This document shows positions 49,092 to 61,258 of a stretch of 64,000 bases of DNA, piece after piece; position 1 is the stretch's first letter, and each line of letters opens with the position of its first letter. Source of the DNA: a virus. The position numbers and the translations under genes are program-made. The notes beneath the pieces were generated by a model, which worked only from the letters and a program-made list of their open reading frames with translations, did no database searches and was not told where the DNA came from. The stretch lies in the IMG/VR virus record IMGVR_UViG_3300037346_000419, positions 1-64,000 of that record; one strand, given 5' to 3'.

Positions 49092-50264
49092 ATGATAAGT
49101 AAGTGGAGTATATACGATAAAATAATTGAAGATACAGTTCTCGATGGAGATTCTAGGTCTTGGAATACAATAGCAAGAGACATATTTAAAAGTCAAAATA
49201 AAAAATTTATTAGAAAAGATGTAGATTTATTTAGAACTTATATAAAAAGAAAAGTTTTAAGAAATAGAAATACTATTATAGATGATACTTTAGATAAAAT
49301 AAATTTAGAGGAAAAAGATTGGAGTATAGGGTGGATAAAAGAAAAAGGTATATCTTTATTAGTTAAAAATCCTAAAGGGGGAGTAGGAATATCTCTTGAA
49401 CAAATGAGAGAAGATTTTGTAAAAGAAATGATAGAGTATTCTCCTAACTATGATGCACCTATATTAGATAAAGTAGAAGAAGCTCACTTATTAACTATAG
49501 ACATAGCTGATTTACATATAGGTAAATTATCTACTATAAGTGAACATGGAGAAACATATAATGTAAGTGTAGCTGTTGACAGAGCATTGACTGCTGTCAT
49601 GTCTTTAGTTGACAAAGCTAGTGGTTATAATATTGAACAAGTATTATTTGTTATAGGAAATGATGTTTTACACACAGATAATATAAACAGGCAAACTACA
49701 AATGGAACAAATCAAGATACAGATGGCACTTGGTATGATAATTTTAAAATGGCTAGAAACCTATATGTATCTATCTTAGAATATTTAAGTCGCAAGTTTA
49801 AAGTGCATGTAGTACATAATCCTAGTAATCATGATTTTGTAAGTGGTTATATGTTAGCTGATTCAGTGTATAGTTGGTTACATAAAAATAAAAATATTAC
49901 TTGGGATATATCTACTAGACATAGAAAATATTATAAGTATGGAGTTAATTTAATTGGAACATCTCATGGAGATGGTGCAGCTTTAGATAAATTACCATTA
50001 TTAATGGCTGAAGAAGCTAAAGAAATGTGGGGTACAACAATATTTAGATGTATATTTTTACATCATTTACATCACATGAAAAAATATAAATTTCAAACAG
50101 GAGCTGATTTTCCTGGAGTGACAGTTGAATATTTAAGAAGTCCAAGTGGTTCAGATAGTTGGCATCATAAAAATGGGTATCAACATGCTCCAAAAGCTAT
50201 AGAAGCTTTTATTAATAGTTATAAAAATGGGCCTGTAGCTAAATTAATACATATGTTTAGATAA
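49092..50264 (+). CDS. Calcineurin-like metallophosphoesterase
   Basis: ADLHIG, GND, SNHD, HGD and HLHH. Confidence 0.85.
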   Translation: MISKWSIYDKIIEDTVLDGDSRSWNTIARDIFKSQNKKFIRKDVDLFRTYIKRKVLRNRNTIIDDTLDKINLEEKDWSIGWIKEKGISLLVKNPKGGVGISLEQMREDFVKEMIEYSPNYDAPILDKVEEAHLLTIDIADLHIGKLSTISEHGETYNVSVAVDRALTAVMSLVDKASGYNIEQVLFVIGNDVLHTDNINRQTTNGTNQDTDGTWYDNFKMARNLYVSILEYLSRKFKVHVVHNPSNHDFVSGYMLADSVYSWLHKNKNITWDISTRHRKYYKYGVNLIGTSHGDGAALDKLPLLMAEEAKEMWGTTIFRCIFLHHLHHMKKYKFQTGADFPGVTVEYLRSPSGSDSWHHKNGYQHAPKAIEAFINSYKNGPVAKLIHMFR

Positions 50265-53200
50265 TGGAAGATTATTTAGAAGGAAAATTAGACTCAATTA
50301 GAAACCCTCAAGGAATTTGGATTAATTCTTCTGTTTTTCAAGAAGCAGGAAAAGAATTTATAAAGAAAGGATATTATTGTCCTGACCCTTGGGGTTCTCC
50401 TGCTTGGTTTAATTTTTGGACTAAAGAAAGAGAAAGAATAATAAATGGTTACTCAGTAGGAGGAGTAAAGATTACAGGAGACCATTATTTTTATTTAAAT
50501 TATTGTCCTATTCAAAAAGTTGAGAATACTTCTGGTCATAAGTCTGATAAAGTAAAAGGTTTTCCTGATTTTTGGGATGGAGATTATAATTACTTTTGGG
50601 TTAGAGAAATAGCAAGAAATGGAGTTGTTGACTCTATATATTCTGAAGGTGGAGAAGAAAGTGAAAAGATATTTAGTTTAAATTCTTTAGAAAAAACAGT
50701 AGCTTTAAAAAGATTATTTAAAGGTCTTCATTTAGAAGTAAAAATTGAAACAAATTTTTTAAATGGAGGTTTTAATCTTATTGTGGGAAAATCCAGGAGA
50801 AAGGGTTATCAACTTCCTCATTCTGAGGTAGTTATGACACCTTTTGGTAAGAAGACAATGGGTGATATAAAAGTTGGGGACATTGTTTCAACCCCCACAG
50901 GAGAAGCTAACATATTAGAAGTTTATCCTCAAGGATTAGATGATGTTTATAAAGTTACACTTTTTGATGGAAGAGAAGTTAGATGTGGAAAAGAACACTT
51001 ATGGAAAATATTTTCACAATCTTTTAGAAAAAATTACAGACAAGAAAAAGTAGTACAAACTGATTTTTTATTAAATGAAAAATTAAAAACTAAAAAAGGT
51101 TATAAGTGGTTTCTACCAATAAATGAAAAAGTTATAAATAAAAATATAAAAGCTCTTCCAATACCTGCTTATACTTTAGGGTGTATTTTAGGGGATGGTA
51201 ATGTAACTAAACAATTAAAAATATCTGGAGCTGATGAACAAATATTTGACAATATTATAAGTGAGTTAGGAAATAAATATTACTTTAAAGATTCGTACTT
51301 ATATAACAAACAATTAAAATATAATTTCACAAAAGAAGAAATTAAAGATTATAAAAGAAAAAACTTATTAAGTAAGTTTACCAGCCCTTTTAATCCTCTA
51401 TTTATAAAATTAAAAAATTTAAAGTTAAATTATAAATCTGATTTTAAATATATCCCTGATGTATATAAATATCATAGCTCTATAGAAGATAGATATAAAT
51501 TAGTCAAGGGCTTAATGGATACTGATGGCTCTATAAATGAAAATGGTGCATCTACTTTTGGAAATGTTTCTAAAAAATTAGTAGAAGATTTACAGGAAGT
51601 TTTATATTCTTTAGGTATAACTTCTACCCTCAGAAAAAGAAAAGATGATTTATTTATTATTTATATAAATACTAACAAAAATATATTTGGAATAGATAGA
51701 AAAATAAATAGAGTAAAAAATAAAGAATGTAGAAAATTTATACCAATAGTTAAAGTAGAAAAATTACAACAAAAAGAAGAATCTTCTTGTTTTTTATTAG
51801 ACTCTGAAGACCATTTATTTTTGACAAATAAATATGTAGTAACTCATAATAGTTATAAAAATGCTTCTGTTGGTGTAAGAAACTACTTTACAAAACCTGA
51901 TTCTTTAACTATATTAAATGCTTATGAAAAAAAGTTCTTGTACCCAAAAGGTATTATGACTATGGCAGTAAGTTATATTAATTTTATTAATAAACACACA
52001 GGTTTTATTATGCCAGCAGATGTTGTTAGTAAAACTGACCACATAAGAGCTTCTTATATTCAATATCAAAATGGAGTTAGAATAGAAGAAGGGTTTATGT
52101 CTGAAATAATTGCTTTAACTTGTAAAGATAACTCAGATGTAAATAGGGGGAAAGATGCAACAGATATTATTATAGAAGAATCAGGAGCATTTGGTACACC
52201 TGGATTATTAAAAGCTTTATATTCTGCATCTGAAGATTGTGTAAAAGCAGGGGCAATTCAAACAGGACAAATAACTATATTTGGAACATCGGGAGATATG
52301 GAAGGAGGTACAGCAGATTATGCTGATATGTATCAAAGACCTGAAGCTTTTGGTTTATTACCTTTTAATAACATATGGGATAAAGATAGTTATAAACAAA
52401 AAGTTGGTTTTTTCCATCCTATTCAATGGAATATGGAAGGATTTTATGATTCTGAAGGTAACTCTAATCAAGAAGATGCTAAGAATTTAGAATATGAAGC
52501 TAGAAAAAACCTAATTGAAAATGGAGCTACTTCTGAAGAAATACAAAGAAGACTACAAGAAAAACCTACAAGTCCTAGTGAAGCTTTTTCTGCTATATCT
52601 ACAAATAATTTCCCTGTAGTTGAATTAAAAGCTCAATTACATAAAGTCAAAGCTAACAATTGGCAGACTATAAAAGGTGTGCCTGTTACTTTTAAACATG
52701 AAAATGGAAAGTTAACAGCTAAACCTGTACTAGATGGTAAGAAAGAACCTATAACAAGTTTACATAATATACCAATAAATAAAAAAGGATGCGTAGTAAT
52801 ATATGAACAACCTGTTCCAGATGTTCCTAAAGGACTTTATAAAATTGGTTATGACCCTGTTAGACAAGATGAAGGTTCTTCATTAGCTGCAATAATTGTT
52901 TATAAAAGTAAACATATCGGAACAATTCATCATAGTATTATAGTTGCTGAATATGTTGGAAGAATGGAGACTCCAGAAGAAATGGATAAGATAGCTGAAA
53001 CTTTAGCTGATTATTATAACACAACTATAATGCATGAAAATGAAGTAACAGGTGTAAAGAATTATTTTAGAAGAATTAAAAGATTAAATCTATTAGCTGC
53101 ACAACCTGATGCAGTTATTAGTAAAAATATAAAGAAATCTAAAGTGGCTAGAGTATATGGATGTCATATGAATACTCAGTTAAAAGATGCAGGAGAAAGA

Positions 53201-53467
53201 TACACAAAAGAGTGGTTATTAACTATATTAGATTATGATGAAAATGGTAGTCCTATTTATGTTATTGATAAAATATATTCTATAAGATTATTAGAAGAAC
53301 TTATAAGTTATTACAGAAAAGGTAACTTTGATTTACTTTCAGCTTTATTTATGTGTTTATTTCAAGTACAAGAAGAAGAGTTAGGAATAGAGTATAATGA
53401 GAAGAAAGAAAATAAAAATGTAAAACTACTTTTAGAAATGGCTAAAGATATGCATAAAAAAGCTTAA
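50264..53467 (+). CDS. terL: Terminase large subunit with intein
   Basis: ITGDHYFYLNY, KSRRKGY|SYK Walker A, IIEESG Walker B, GYDP nuclease motif, HENE and GNFD. Confidence 0.93.
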   Translation: MEDYLEGKLDSIRNPQGIWINSSVFQEAGKEFIKKGYYCPDPWGSPAWFNFWTKERERIINGYSVGGVKITGDHYFYLNYCPIQKVENTSGHKSDKVKGFPDFWDGDYNYFWVREIARNGVVDSIYSEGGEESEKIFSLNSLEKTVALKRLFKGLHLEVKIETNFLNGGFNLIVGKSRRKGYQLPHSEVVMTPFGKKTMGDIKVGDIVSTPTGEANILEVYPQGLDDVYKVTLFDGREVRCGKEHLWKIFSQSFRKNYRQEKVVQTDFLLNEKLKTKKGYKWFLPINEKVINKNIKALPIPAYTLGCILGDGNVTKQLKISGADEQIFDNIISELGNKYYFKDSYLYNKQLKYNFTKEEIKDYKRKNLLSKFTSPFNPLFIKLKNLKLNYKSDFKYIPDVYKYHSSIEDRYKLVKGLMDTDGSINENGASTFGNVSKKLVEDLQEVLYSLGITSTLRKRKDDLFIIYINTNKNIFGIDRKINRVKNKECRKFIPIVKVEKLQQKEESSCFLLDSEDHLFLTNKYVVTHNSYKNASVGVRNYFTKPDSLTILNAYEKKFLYPKGIMTMAVSYINFINKHTGFIMPADVVSKTDHIRASYIQYQNGVRIEEGFMSEIIALTCKDNSDVNRGKDATDIIIEESGAFGTPGLLKALYSASEDCVKAGAIQTGQITIFGTSGDMEGGTADYADMYQRPEAFGLLPFNNIWDKDSYKQKVGFFHPIQWNMEGFYDSEGNSNQEDAKNLEYEARKNLIENGATSEEIQRRLQEKPTSPSEAFSAISTNNFPVVELKAQLHKVKANNWQTIKGVPVTFKHENGKLTAKPVLDGKKEPITSLHNIPINKKGCVVIYEQPVPDVPKGLYKIGYDPVRQDEGSSLAAIIVYKSKHIGTIHHSIIVAEYVGRMETPEEMDKIAETLADYYNTTIMHENEVTGVKNYFRRIKRLNLLAAQPDAVISKNIKKSKVARVYGCHMNTQLKDAGERYTKEWLLTILDYDENGSPIYVIDKIYSIRLLEELISYYRKGNFDLLSALFMCLFQVQEEELGIEYNEKKENKNVKLLLEMAKDMHKKA
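50810..51850 (+). mobile_element. Class 3 intein (347 aa) with LAGLIDADG homing endonuclease
   Basis: Starts with Gln (QLPHSEVVMTP) and ends VVTHN/S. WCT signature: HLW, SSCF, VTHN. Endonuclease blocks LGCILGDG and GLMDTDG. Confidence 0.88.
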
Positions 53468-53479
53468 TTTTGTAAAATT

Positions 53480-55927
53480 ATGAATGAAAAGAAAAATCCA
53501 AAAAATCAAATGCTTTCTACAAAAGAGAAAAATGCAGATGACAAAAGGTGGTATAAAGATTTTGCAGATGACTTAGATAGTCAACATAACTCTTTATTAT
53601 ATAGTGAAAACAATAGAAATAGTAGAATTTCAGAATTAAAAAGAATGAAAGTCAATTATGATTTATTTAATGACATATTAGATATTTCAGAATTAGCTTA
53701 TGTGTGTCAACCTTTTGGAGCTAGTGTAGGAGAACTTCCTGCAAGCATGGTAAATAGAGATATATCTTCTGGAAAGATTAAAGCTATCCTCGGTATGGAA
53801 AGTAAAAGACCTTTTGATTGGAAAGTTGTTGCAGTTAATCGAGAAGCCACAACAAGAAAAGAAGGAATTTATTTTTCTAAAATAAGAGAGTCTGTTGTAA
53901 ATGATATTATGCAACCTATTAGAGTAAGAGTAGAACAAGAATCTGAAGAACAAAATAGAGGTAAAGAATTAACTCAAGAAGAAAAAATTAAAATTCAAAA
54001 AGAGATTGAAGAGAGAATAAAATCTGAAACACCTGAAGAAGCAAAAAAGTATATGGAAAGGGAACATCAAGACCCTGCTGAAGTGTTATATCATCAATTA
54101 CTTGAATATTTAATTGAAAAATGTCAATTAAAAAGAAAATTTAATAAAGGTTTTAAACATTTAAATCTAAGTGCATCAGAAATTTATTATGTGGGAATAT
54201 TAAATAAAGAACCTGAAGCTTGGGTTGTTAATCCTATGAGATTTTCTTGTGACCCCAATTCTGAAAACGATTTTATTGAAGAAGGAGAGTGGGCTGTATG
54301 TGAATATAAAATGTCTCCTTCTATTATTATAAAATATTTAGGTGATGAATTATCTGAAGATGAAATAAAAACTATCTATGAATCTTGGCATGGAGATACT
54401 GCAATTAACTATAAAGATTTTTTTAGTATAGATGAAGGATATAATAATTACGATAATAATAATAATATATCTGTATTACACTGTGTTAAAAAATCTTTAA
54501 GAGAAGTAGCATTTTTAACTTACTTAGATGAAAATGATGAAGAGCAAGTAGTGCAAGTTAATGAAGAGTATGAGTTAAATGCTGATGCAGGAGATATTAG
54601 TCTAGAATATGAATGGCTACCTGAAGTTTATGAAGTTTGGAAAATAAAAACTTATGAACCAATTTATGTAAAAGCTAGACCTATACCTGGACAACTAAGA
54701 GATATGGATAATTTATATCATTGTCCTTTACCTTATTATGGTGCAAAAATAGATGCTCTAAACTCTAAAGCTACAGCATTAATGGATAGATTAAGAAACT
54801 ATCAATATTTTTATAATATTATTAGTTTTAGAGTAGAGCTGTTGATAGCGTCTGATAAAGGTAAAAAAGTATTAATGAATATAAATACTATACCAGATTC
54901 AGCAGGAATTAATATAAAACAGTGGCAATACTTTATGGAGTCTTCTCCTTATATGTGGTATGACCCAAGTGAAGAAGGTAATTCAGGAGGATATACAGAT
55001 GCAAGCACTGTAGCTAAAGTAATAGATTTATCTTTAATTTCAGACATACAAAAATACATAGACATACTAGAACATATTAGAATTAGTGCAGGAAAAAGTG
55101 TAGGTATAACAGATGCAGTAGAGGGGCAAATAGGGCCAAATGAAGCTGCATCAAATGCTAGACAAAACTTAACACAAACCTCTCATATATTAGAGCCTTA
55201 CTTTGAGTTGCATAATCATGTTAAAAAGAATGTGATGCAAGCTTTAATAGAAATGGCTAAAATTACTTATGCAGAACACAAACCTAAAAAATTAACTTAT
55301 TTATTAGATGATATGTCTTTGAGAACTTTAGAATTAGACATAGATTTACTAAGTGAAACTTCAATTGGTTTATTTGTTTCTAATTCTACTAAAGCTGAAG
55401 ATACTAGACAATTAATGATACAGTTAGCACATGCAGCTTTACAAACTCAAAAAATTGAATTATCTGATGTTATATCCACTATTAATCAAAGTAGTGCTAC
55501 TGAAGCTGAAGAAGTTTTAAAGGTTGCAGAACAAAACAGAAAAGAGTTTGAAATGTCTATGAGTCAACAAAATCAAAAAGCTGCTGCTGAAGAAGCTGAA
55601 AGAGAAAGACAAAGAGATAGAGAAAAACATGAAGAAAATTTAGAAAAAATTAAATTAAAAGGAGAAATTGATTTAAATAAAGAGATAGTAAAATCTTCTT
55701 TAATAGGAGCATCTTTTAATCCTGACCAAGATGCAGATAATGATGGTGTGAATGATTTTTTAGAAATAGCTAGAGATGGTCTAAATGCAGAAGTTAAAAG
55801 AGAAAATGTAAAACTTCAAAAAGATAAATTTGAACATCAAAAAGTTGTAGATGATAAAAAATTAAAACAAGTAGATAAAAAGTTAAAAATAGATGCTAAA
55901 AAAGCAGAACAAAAAAATAATAGTTAA
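53480..55927 (+). CDS. Portal protein
   Basis: 815 aa directly after terL, with a C-terminal coiled coil and DADNDGVND motif. Matches crAss-like gene order. Confidence 0.85.
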   Translation: MNEKKNPKNQMLSTKEKNADDKRWYKDFADDLDSQHNSLLYSENNRNSRISELKRMKVNYDLFNDILDISELAYVCQPFGASVGELPASMVNRDISSGKIKAILGMESKRPFDWKVVAVNREATTRKEGIYFSKIRESVVNDIMQPIRVRVEQESEEQNRGKELTQEEKIKIQKEIEERIKSETPEEAKKYMEREHQDPAEVLYHQLLEYLIEKCQLKRKFNKGFKHLNLSASEIYYVGILNKEPEAWVVNPMRFSCDPNSENDFIEEGEWAVCEYKMSPSIIIKYLGDELSEDEIKTIYESWHGDTAINYKDFFSIDEGYNNYDNNNNISVLHCVKKSLREVAFLTYLDENDEEQVVQVNEEYELNADAGDISLEYEWLPEVYEVWKIKTYEPIYVKARPIPGQLRDMDNLYHCPLPYYGAKIDALNSKATALMDRLRNYQYFYNIISFRVELLIASDKGKKVLMNINTIPDSAGINIKQWQYFMESSPYMWYDPSEEGNSGGYTDASTVAKVIDLSLISDIQKYIDILEHIRISAGKSVGITDAVEGQIGPNEAASNARQNLTQTSHILEPYFELHNHVKKNVMQALIEMAKITYAEHKPKKLTYLLDDMSLRTLELDIDLLSETSIGLFVSNSTKAEDTRQLMIQLAHAALQTQKIELSDVISTINQSSATEAEEVLKVAEQNRKEFEMSMSQQNQKAAAEEAERERQRDREKHEENLEKIKLKGEIDLNKEIVKSSLIGASFNPDQDADNDGVNDFLEIARDGLNAEVKRENVKLQKDKFEHQKVVDDKKLKQVDKKLKIDAKKAEQKNNS

Positions 55928-55931
55928 AAAG

Positions 55932-55962
55932 TTTGTAATATTAATATTTAACCTTAAATTTG
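55932..55962 (+). promoter_or_regulatory. Bacteroidota-type promoter (TTTG ... TAAATTTG)
   Basis: -33 and -7 boxes with ~19-nt spacing in the gap before 55969. Confidence 0.55.
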
Positions 55963-55968
55963 TAAGCA

Positions 55969-57003
<1,035 letters not shown>

Positions 57004-57023
57004 AATAACATATAAAAATAAAA

Positions 57024-58505
57024 ATGGCACAATTAATCAACCAACTACAAGTAAGACAGGCTAAGTTCGATTCTACAAGAATGACTGACCTCAATCATTG
57101 GAGCAAAAACATGGCCTTAAAACCTGAAGTTTTTGAAGGCCCAAATCGTGAACTATTTGCATCTAAGACAAACAGTTTAAATTTATCAAAAGGTAATATA
57201 CTGGAAAGTATATTTGGTTTAAGTAAAACTAAATACATTGATGATTTAACTTGGTCTTGGAAAATGAAAGCAAAAGGTTACAGACCTATCACTATTCTTG
57301 AAAACAGAACCACAGCTAATCCATCAACTCCAGGTAAATTTCGTTTACCAATAGTTGTTTTAGTAGATTCTGATTTAGGAGCAATTGGAGAATCTTGGGG
57401 GCCAGGCTCTTCTGATAAATCTCAAGTTGTTGTTATCAAAAATAAAGTAAAAGAATCTAGAGGTTATGTTTACACTTTGCAAACATATACTGATAGTAAT
57501 GAACATTATATTAAGCCAAATTATTTAGCTGCTGGTCAAAAGTGGACTAGAATGTATTCTATTCGTGGAGAAGCTGCTGAAAGTGGTGGACACACTGAAA
57601 TGTCTACAGACATTGAGTACAAAAACAATTTGGTTAAACTTCGTAAACAATATCAAGTTACTGATTTTGGTGCACAAGCTGTATTAGAAATTGCTTTTTC
57701 TGATGAAAATGGTAAAGTTTATCGTTCTTGGATGGATATGCAAGAAGCTGAATATCAAATGGCTATGAATAAAGAAGTTGCTATGTTAGCAATGTATTCT
57801 AGACTTAGTGATACTCCAATGACTGACCCTGATAGTGGTTATCCTATTGTTCCTGGAGCAGGTTTGCAACAGCAAATAGGTTTTGGTGGTAATGTTGAAA
57901 GATTTACTACTATGTCTGCTGAATTAATTGAAGCTTTTTTTGATAAGATGGTTTATTCTCGTATTAGCCCAGGTGATTTAGGCCAAGTAATTGGTTTTTC
58001 TGGACACTATGGTATGAAAGAATTTGCTAAAGCTCTTGATATTTGGACAGGTGGAAAAGCTATTGTTAGAAATAGTGAAGACTTTTTAGCTAAAGATGCA
58101 GAAGGAGTTAATAAAAATTCTTTAAGAACAGGGTATCAATTTACTGAATATGCTTTACCTAATGGTGGAACATTTAAGTTAGTTCATAATCCTATGAATG
58201 ATGATAAATCAATTCACAGAGATATTGACCCTCTAACAGGTTATCCTAAAGAGTCTCAAAGAATTACTATTCTTGATGTTACTGGTGGTAATGGTCAGTC
58301 TATTAACTCTAAAGATAACATCTGCCTTGTTAGAAAAAACAAAGTAGCAGGTACAACTATTGTTGAAGGTAGAGTAGGCCCAGGTGGAATACCAACTGGC
58401 TCAAATGCTAAACATTCAGGAGATTACTACAGAGTAGATATATCTGATAGTATCGGAGTTCAAATTACTGATTCAACTTGTACAGGAGAATTAGTTAAAG
58501 CATAG
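57024..58505 (+). CDS. Major capsid protein
   Basis: 493 aa, MTDLNHW N-terminal motif, GAGLQQQI. Position and size match a crAss-like MCP. Confidence 0.85.
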   Translation: MAQLINQLQVRQAKFDSTRMTDLNHWSKNMALKPEVFEGPNRELFASKTNSLNLSKGNILESIFGLSKTKYIDDLTWSWKMKAKGYRPITILENRTTANPSTPGKFRLPIVVLVDSDLGAIGESWGPGSSDKSQVVVIKNKVKESRGYVYTLQTYTDSNEHYIKPNYLAAGQKWTRMYSIRGEAAESGGHTEMSTDIEYKNNLVKLRKQYQVTDFGAQAVLEIAFSDENGKVYRSWMDMQEAEYQMAMNKEVAMLAMYSRLSDTPMTDPDSGYPIVPGAGLQQQIGFGGNVERFTTMSAELIEAFFDKMVYSRISPGDLGQVIGFSGHYGMKEFAKALDIWTGGKAIVRNSEDFLAKDAEGVNKNSLRTGYQFTEYALPNGGTFKLVHNPMNDDKSIHRDIDPLTGYPKESQRITILDVTGGNGQSINSKDNICLVRKNKVAGTTIVEGRVGPGGIPTGSNAKHSGDYYRVDISDSIGVQITDSTCTGELVKA

Positions 58506-58515
58506 AATTAATTAT

Positions 58516-59340
58516 ATGAGTTTAAAAGAAAATTTAATAATTGAAATTCGACCCATTCCAGGTAGAGATGGTATCCGAAAGTTTTCTGAAAATTTAGAAT
58601 ACTTTTCTGGAAGCCACACTATATCTGCTTTTGTTGACCCTGTAACAAGAAAGTTTGCTACAGGGTTATCAGAAGAAGACATTGCATATTTAAAGGATAA
58701 TAACTTTCCTTATGATATTGATAATAACTACACAGGTAAAGAGCCACATCCTTTTTGGGAAAGTCAGTTAATAAAAACTGATTTAAAAAATGGCCCTATA
58801 TTTTTATATCCATCTAAAAGTTTAATTGATTTCATTAAGTATAAATACTTACTTGTAAACGATTATATTTATAAATCAGAAAAAGAACTAGAAAGTGGGT
58901 CTAAAAGTGAAGCTACTCATTATATCTATAATGAAAGTGAAGAATTAGCTACAAAAGCTACAACTTTAAATAAAAAGAATAATTTACTTGCAAAAGTAAA
59001 TGATTTAAGTCCACAAAGAAAAAGAGATTTAATTCTTATCATATTAAACGAAGTTACTGAGAATAAAGATGAAAATTATTTAGTAGTTAGATTTGATGAT
59101 ATACTAAATAATAAAGACAACTCTAAACAATTAGAAACTTTATTAAATAGAAAAGAAGAAGAAACCACTTTAGCTGCGGAAATTAAACTAGCTATTCAAA
59201 AAAATGTCTTACAAAGAACTAAGCAAGGAATATTTTACTTTGAAAATAACTTAGGTTATGGAGAAGAAGATGTTTTTACTTTCTTAAACAAAAAAGAAAA
59301 TCAAGAAATTTTAATAAACATTAAAGAAAAATTACAATAA
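58516..59340 (+). CDS. Conserved capsid-module protein
   Basis: 274 aa directly after the MCP, as in crAss-like gene order. Confidence 0.6.
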   Translation: MSLKENLIIEIRPIPGRDGIRKFSENLEYFSGSHTISAFVDPVTRKFATGLSEEDIAYLKDNNFPYDIDNNYTGKEPHPFWESQLIKTDLKNGPIFLYPSKSLIDFIKYKYLLVNDYIYKSEKELESGSKSEATHYIYNESEELATKATTLNKKNNLLAKVNDLSPQRKRDLILIILNEVTENKDENYLVVRFDDILNNKDNSKQLETLLNRKEEETTLAAEIKLAIQKNVLQRTKQGIFYFENNLGYGEEDVFTFLNKKENQEILINIKEKLQ

Positions 59341-59342
59341 TC

Positions 59343-60548
59343 ATGAAAAGTACATTATCAGATAACAAACAGCTTTTTAACGTAAAAGCTATTGCAGTAG
59401 CTGGAAAAACTCCAGACCAACTTGTTGAAGGTGAGATGGGTATATTCCCTCTAACTGGTGGAACAAGTATTGCAGACACTACAGCTTTTGCAGCACTTCC
59501 TAGTGAAGTAATGCTGATTAGCAGAGTGGGAGGTAAAATATACATCTCAATAGACCCAATTAAAAAAAGTACAATTGCTAATCAATTAGCAAAAACTTAT
59601 ACAGCCCCTGTAGTAAACATATGGGAAACTGTTGTGGATAATTGTGAATGTATCACAAGTTTGCGTTTAAATCTTAATTTAAATGAACAAAGCTTAATTC
59701 AAAGAGATGGTTTAACCTGGACTCATAATGATTTCGTAGTTGAAGTTGCTCCTGAAGAATTGAAATGTCTTTGTGATTTAACTAAGAAACCTGAGTACCA
59801 TAACAACGTTATGACTCAATTATTAGATGCAAGTGTTAATGCAATTAACTCTCCATTTTATGAATCAGAAGTAAAAATTGATGTAACTGGTGTTACAGTA
59901 TATGCTGACCAAGCTGCTTTAGATATTGCAATTCCTTCTCCTACTGCTGGTGCTGTTGCTGTAGTTACAGCAGATTTAGCTACTAAAGTTTATGATGGAA
60001 GTGCATGGATTATAGCAGGAGATTTAACTGGACTTATAGCTGATGTTCCTGCTTATGTAGAAGCACTTAAAGCTGTAAACACAAATGAATCAGGTACTAC
60101 TTTTGGCCCTAAACTTACTTTTGTAATTAAAGGTAAAGTTCAAGCTGCAGGTTTATATAGAGATTTAGAAGTAAATTATATTTATCCAAGAGGAGTAGCT
60201 TTGTCTCCTGCAATGACAGTAAATTCTAATTCAGGTAATGCTTTCACTGAAACTCAAGCTATGGTGTTTGAAATAGGTGCAGGTTATGACCTTAGAGCTG
60301 AAGAATTTGAATGTATGTCTCTTTATACTAATTTGAACAACTATAATCGTCTTTGTGATGGTATAGCTGCTCCTGAGTTAGTATATCAATTCGAGAATAA
60401 CACAAATTATGATACTCTTACTTTTGAGTTTGATACTCTTAAAGTAGAAAGAAGTGGTAGTGCAGATACAAAACGTTTTAGTATGCTTTTAGGCTCTGAA
60501 GTAGGAAGTGGAGTCCATGCTAAATTAGTAACAATGTTTATACCCTAG
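59343..60548 (+). CDS. Virion structural protein (auxiliary capsid or tail)
   Basis: 401 aa, Ala/Thr/Val-rich, in the structural operon. Confidence 0.55.
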   Translation: MKSTLSDNKQLFNVKAIAVAGKTPDQLVEGEMGIFPLTGGTSIADTTAFAALPSEVMLISRVGGKIYISIDPIKKSTIANQLAKTYTAPVVNIWETVVDNCECITSLRLNLNLNEQSLIQRDGLTWTHNDFVVEVAPEELKCLCDLTKKPEYHNNVMTQLLDASVNAINSPFYESEVKIDVTGVTVYADQAALDIAIPSPTAGAVAVVTADLATKVYDGSAWIIAGDLTGLIADVPAYVEALKAVNTNESGTTFGPKLTFVIKGKVQAAGLYRDLEVNYIYPRGVALSPAMTVNSNSGNAFTETQAMVFEIGAGYDLRAEEFECMSLYTNLNNYNRLCDGIAAPELVYQFENNTNYDTLTFEFDTLKVERSGSADTKRFSMLLGSEVGSGVHAKLVTMFIP

Positions 60549-60556
60549 TTACTAAC

Positions 60557-61258
60557 ATGACAATAGAGGAAATGCAATATGACTTCAAACAGAAGTTAAA
60601 TAAAGGAGATAGCCAACAATATAAGAATCTTTTGATTCCTGAAATTGATTGGTTATTAAATGAAGCACAAGAACTCTTTGTCAAATTAGTAGCTAATCCA
60701 AGAGTAAGAAACCAATTAGGTTTTGAAACTTCTCAAAGAACCATAGATGATATTAGAACAATAGTTGTAAATAACTATTGTTCTACTGTCACTACTAACA
60801 TAGTAACTTTACCCGCAGATTATTGGTACTTCTTAAAAGGAGATGTAACAATGACAAAAGGCACTTGTGTAAATGTAAAAGGTAATTTTTATGTTAAACA
60901 ACATGATGATGAATTTGAAAAAAGTCCTTTTGACAAATCAAATTTTGAATGGAGACACGTAAATGGAGTATTCTATGAAGATGGAATAAGATTATTTACA
61001 GATGGGTCATTTACAATTTCAAATTTTTGTTTAAGTTATATAAAACGTTTACCATATATTCATAATGCAAAAGATTTTACAGGTGGTACATATACTTTGC
61101 CTAGTGGTGTTGTTTTAACCACTTTTGAAAATTGTCCTTTACCTGAAGGAACACATAGAGAAATAGTTGACTTAGCTGTGCTAATTGCAACTGGTAATCT
61201 TCAAATAGCTGATTACCAAAATAAATTAAATAAAATAAATTTAACTGAGTTAAAATAA
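60557..61258 (+). CDS. Tail ring / head-tail adaptor protein
   Basis: EIDWLLNEAQ...GFE...LSYIKR...LPEGTHREIVDLAV. Confidence 0.7.
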   Translation: MTIEEMQYDFKQKLNKGDSQQYKNLLIPEIDWLLNEAQELFVKLVANPRVRNQLGFETSQRTIDDIRTIVVNNYCSTVTTNIVTLPADYWYFLKGDVTMTKGTCVNVKGNFYVKQHDDEFEKSPFDKSNFEWRHVNGVFYEDGIRLFTDGSFTISNFCLSYIKRLPYIHNAKDFTGGTYTLPSGVVLTTFENCPLPEGTHREIVDLAVLIATGNLQIADYQNKLNKINLTELK

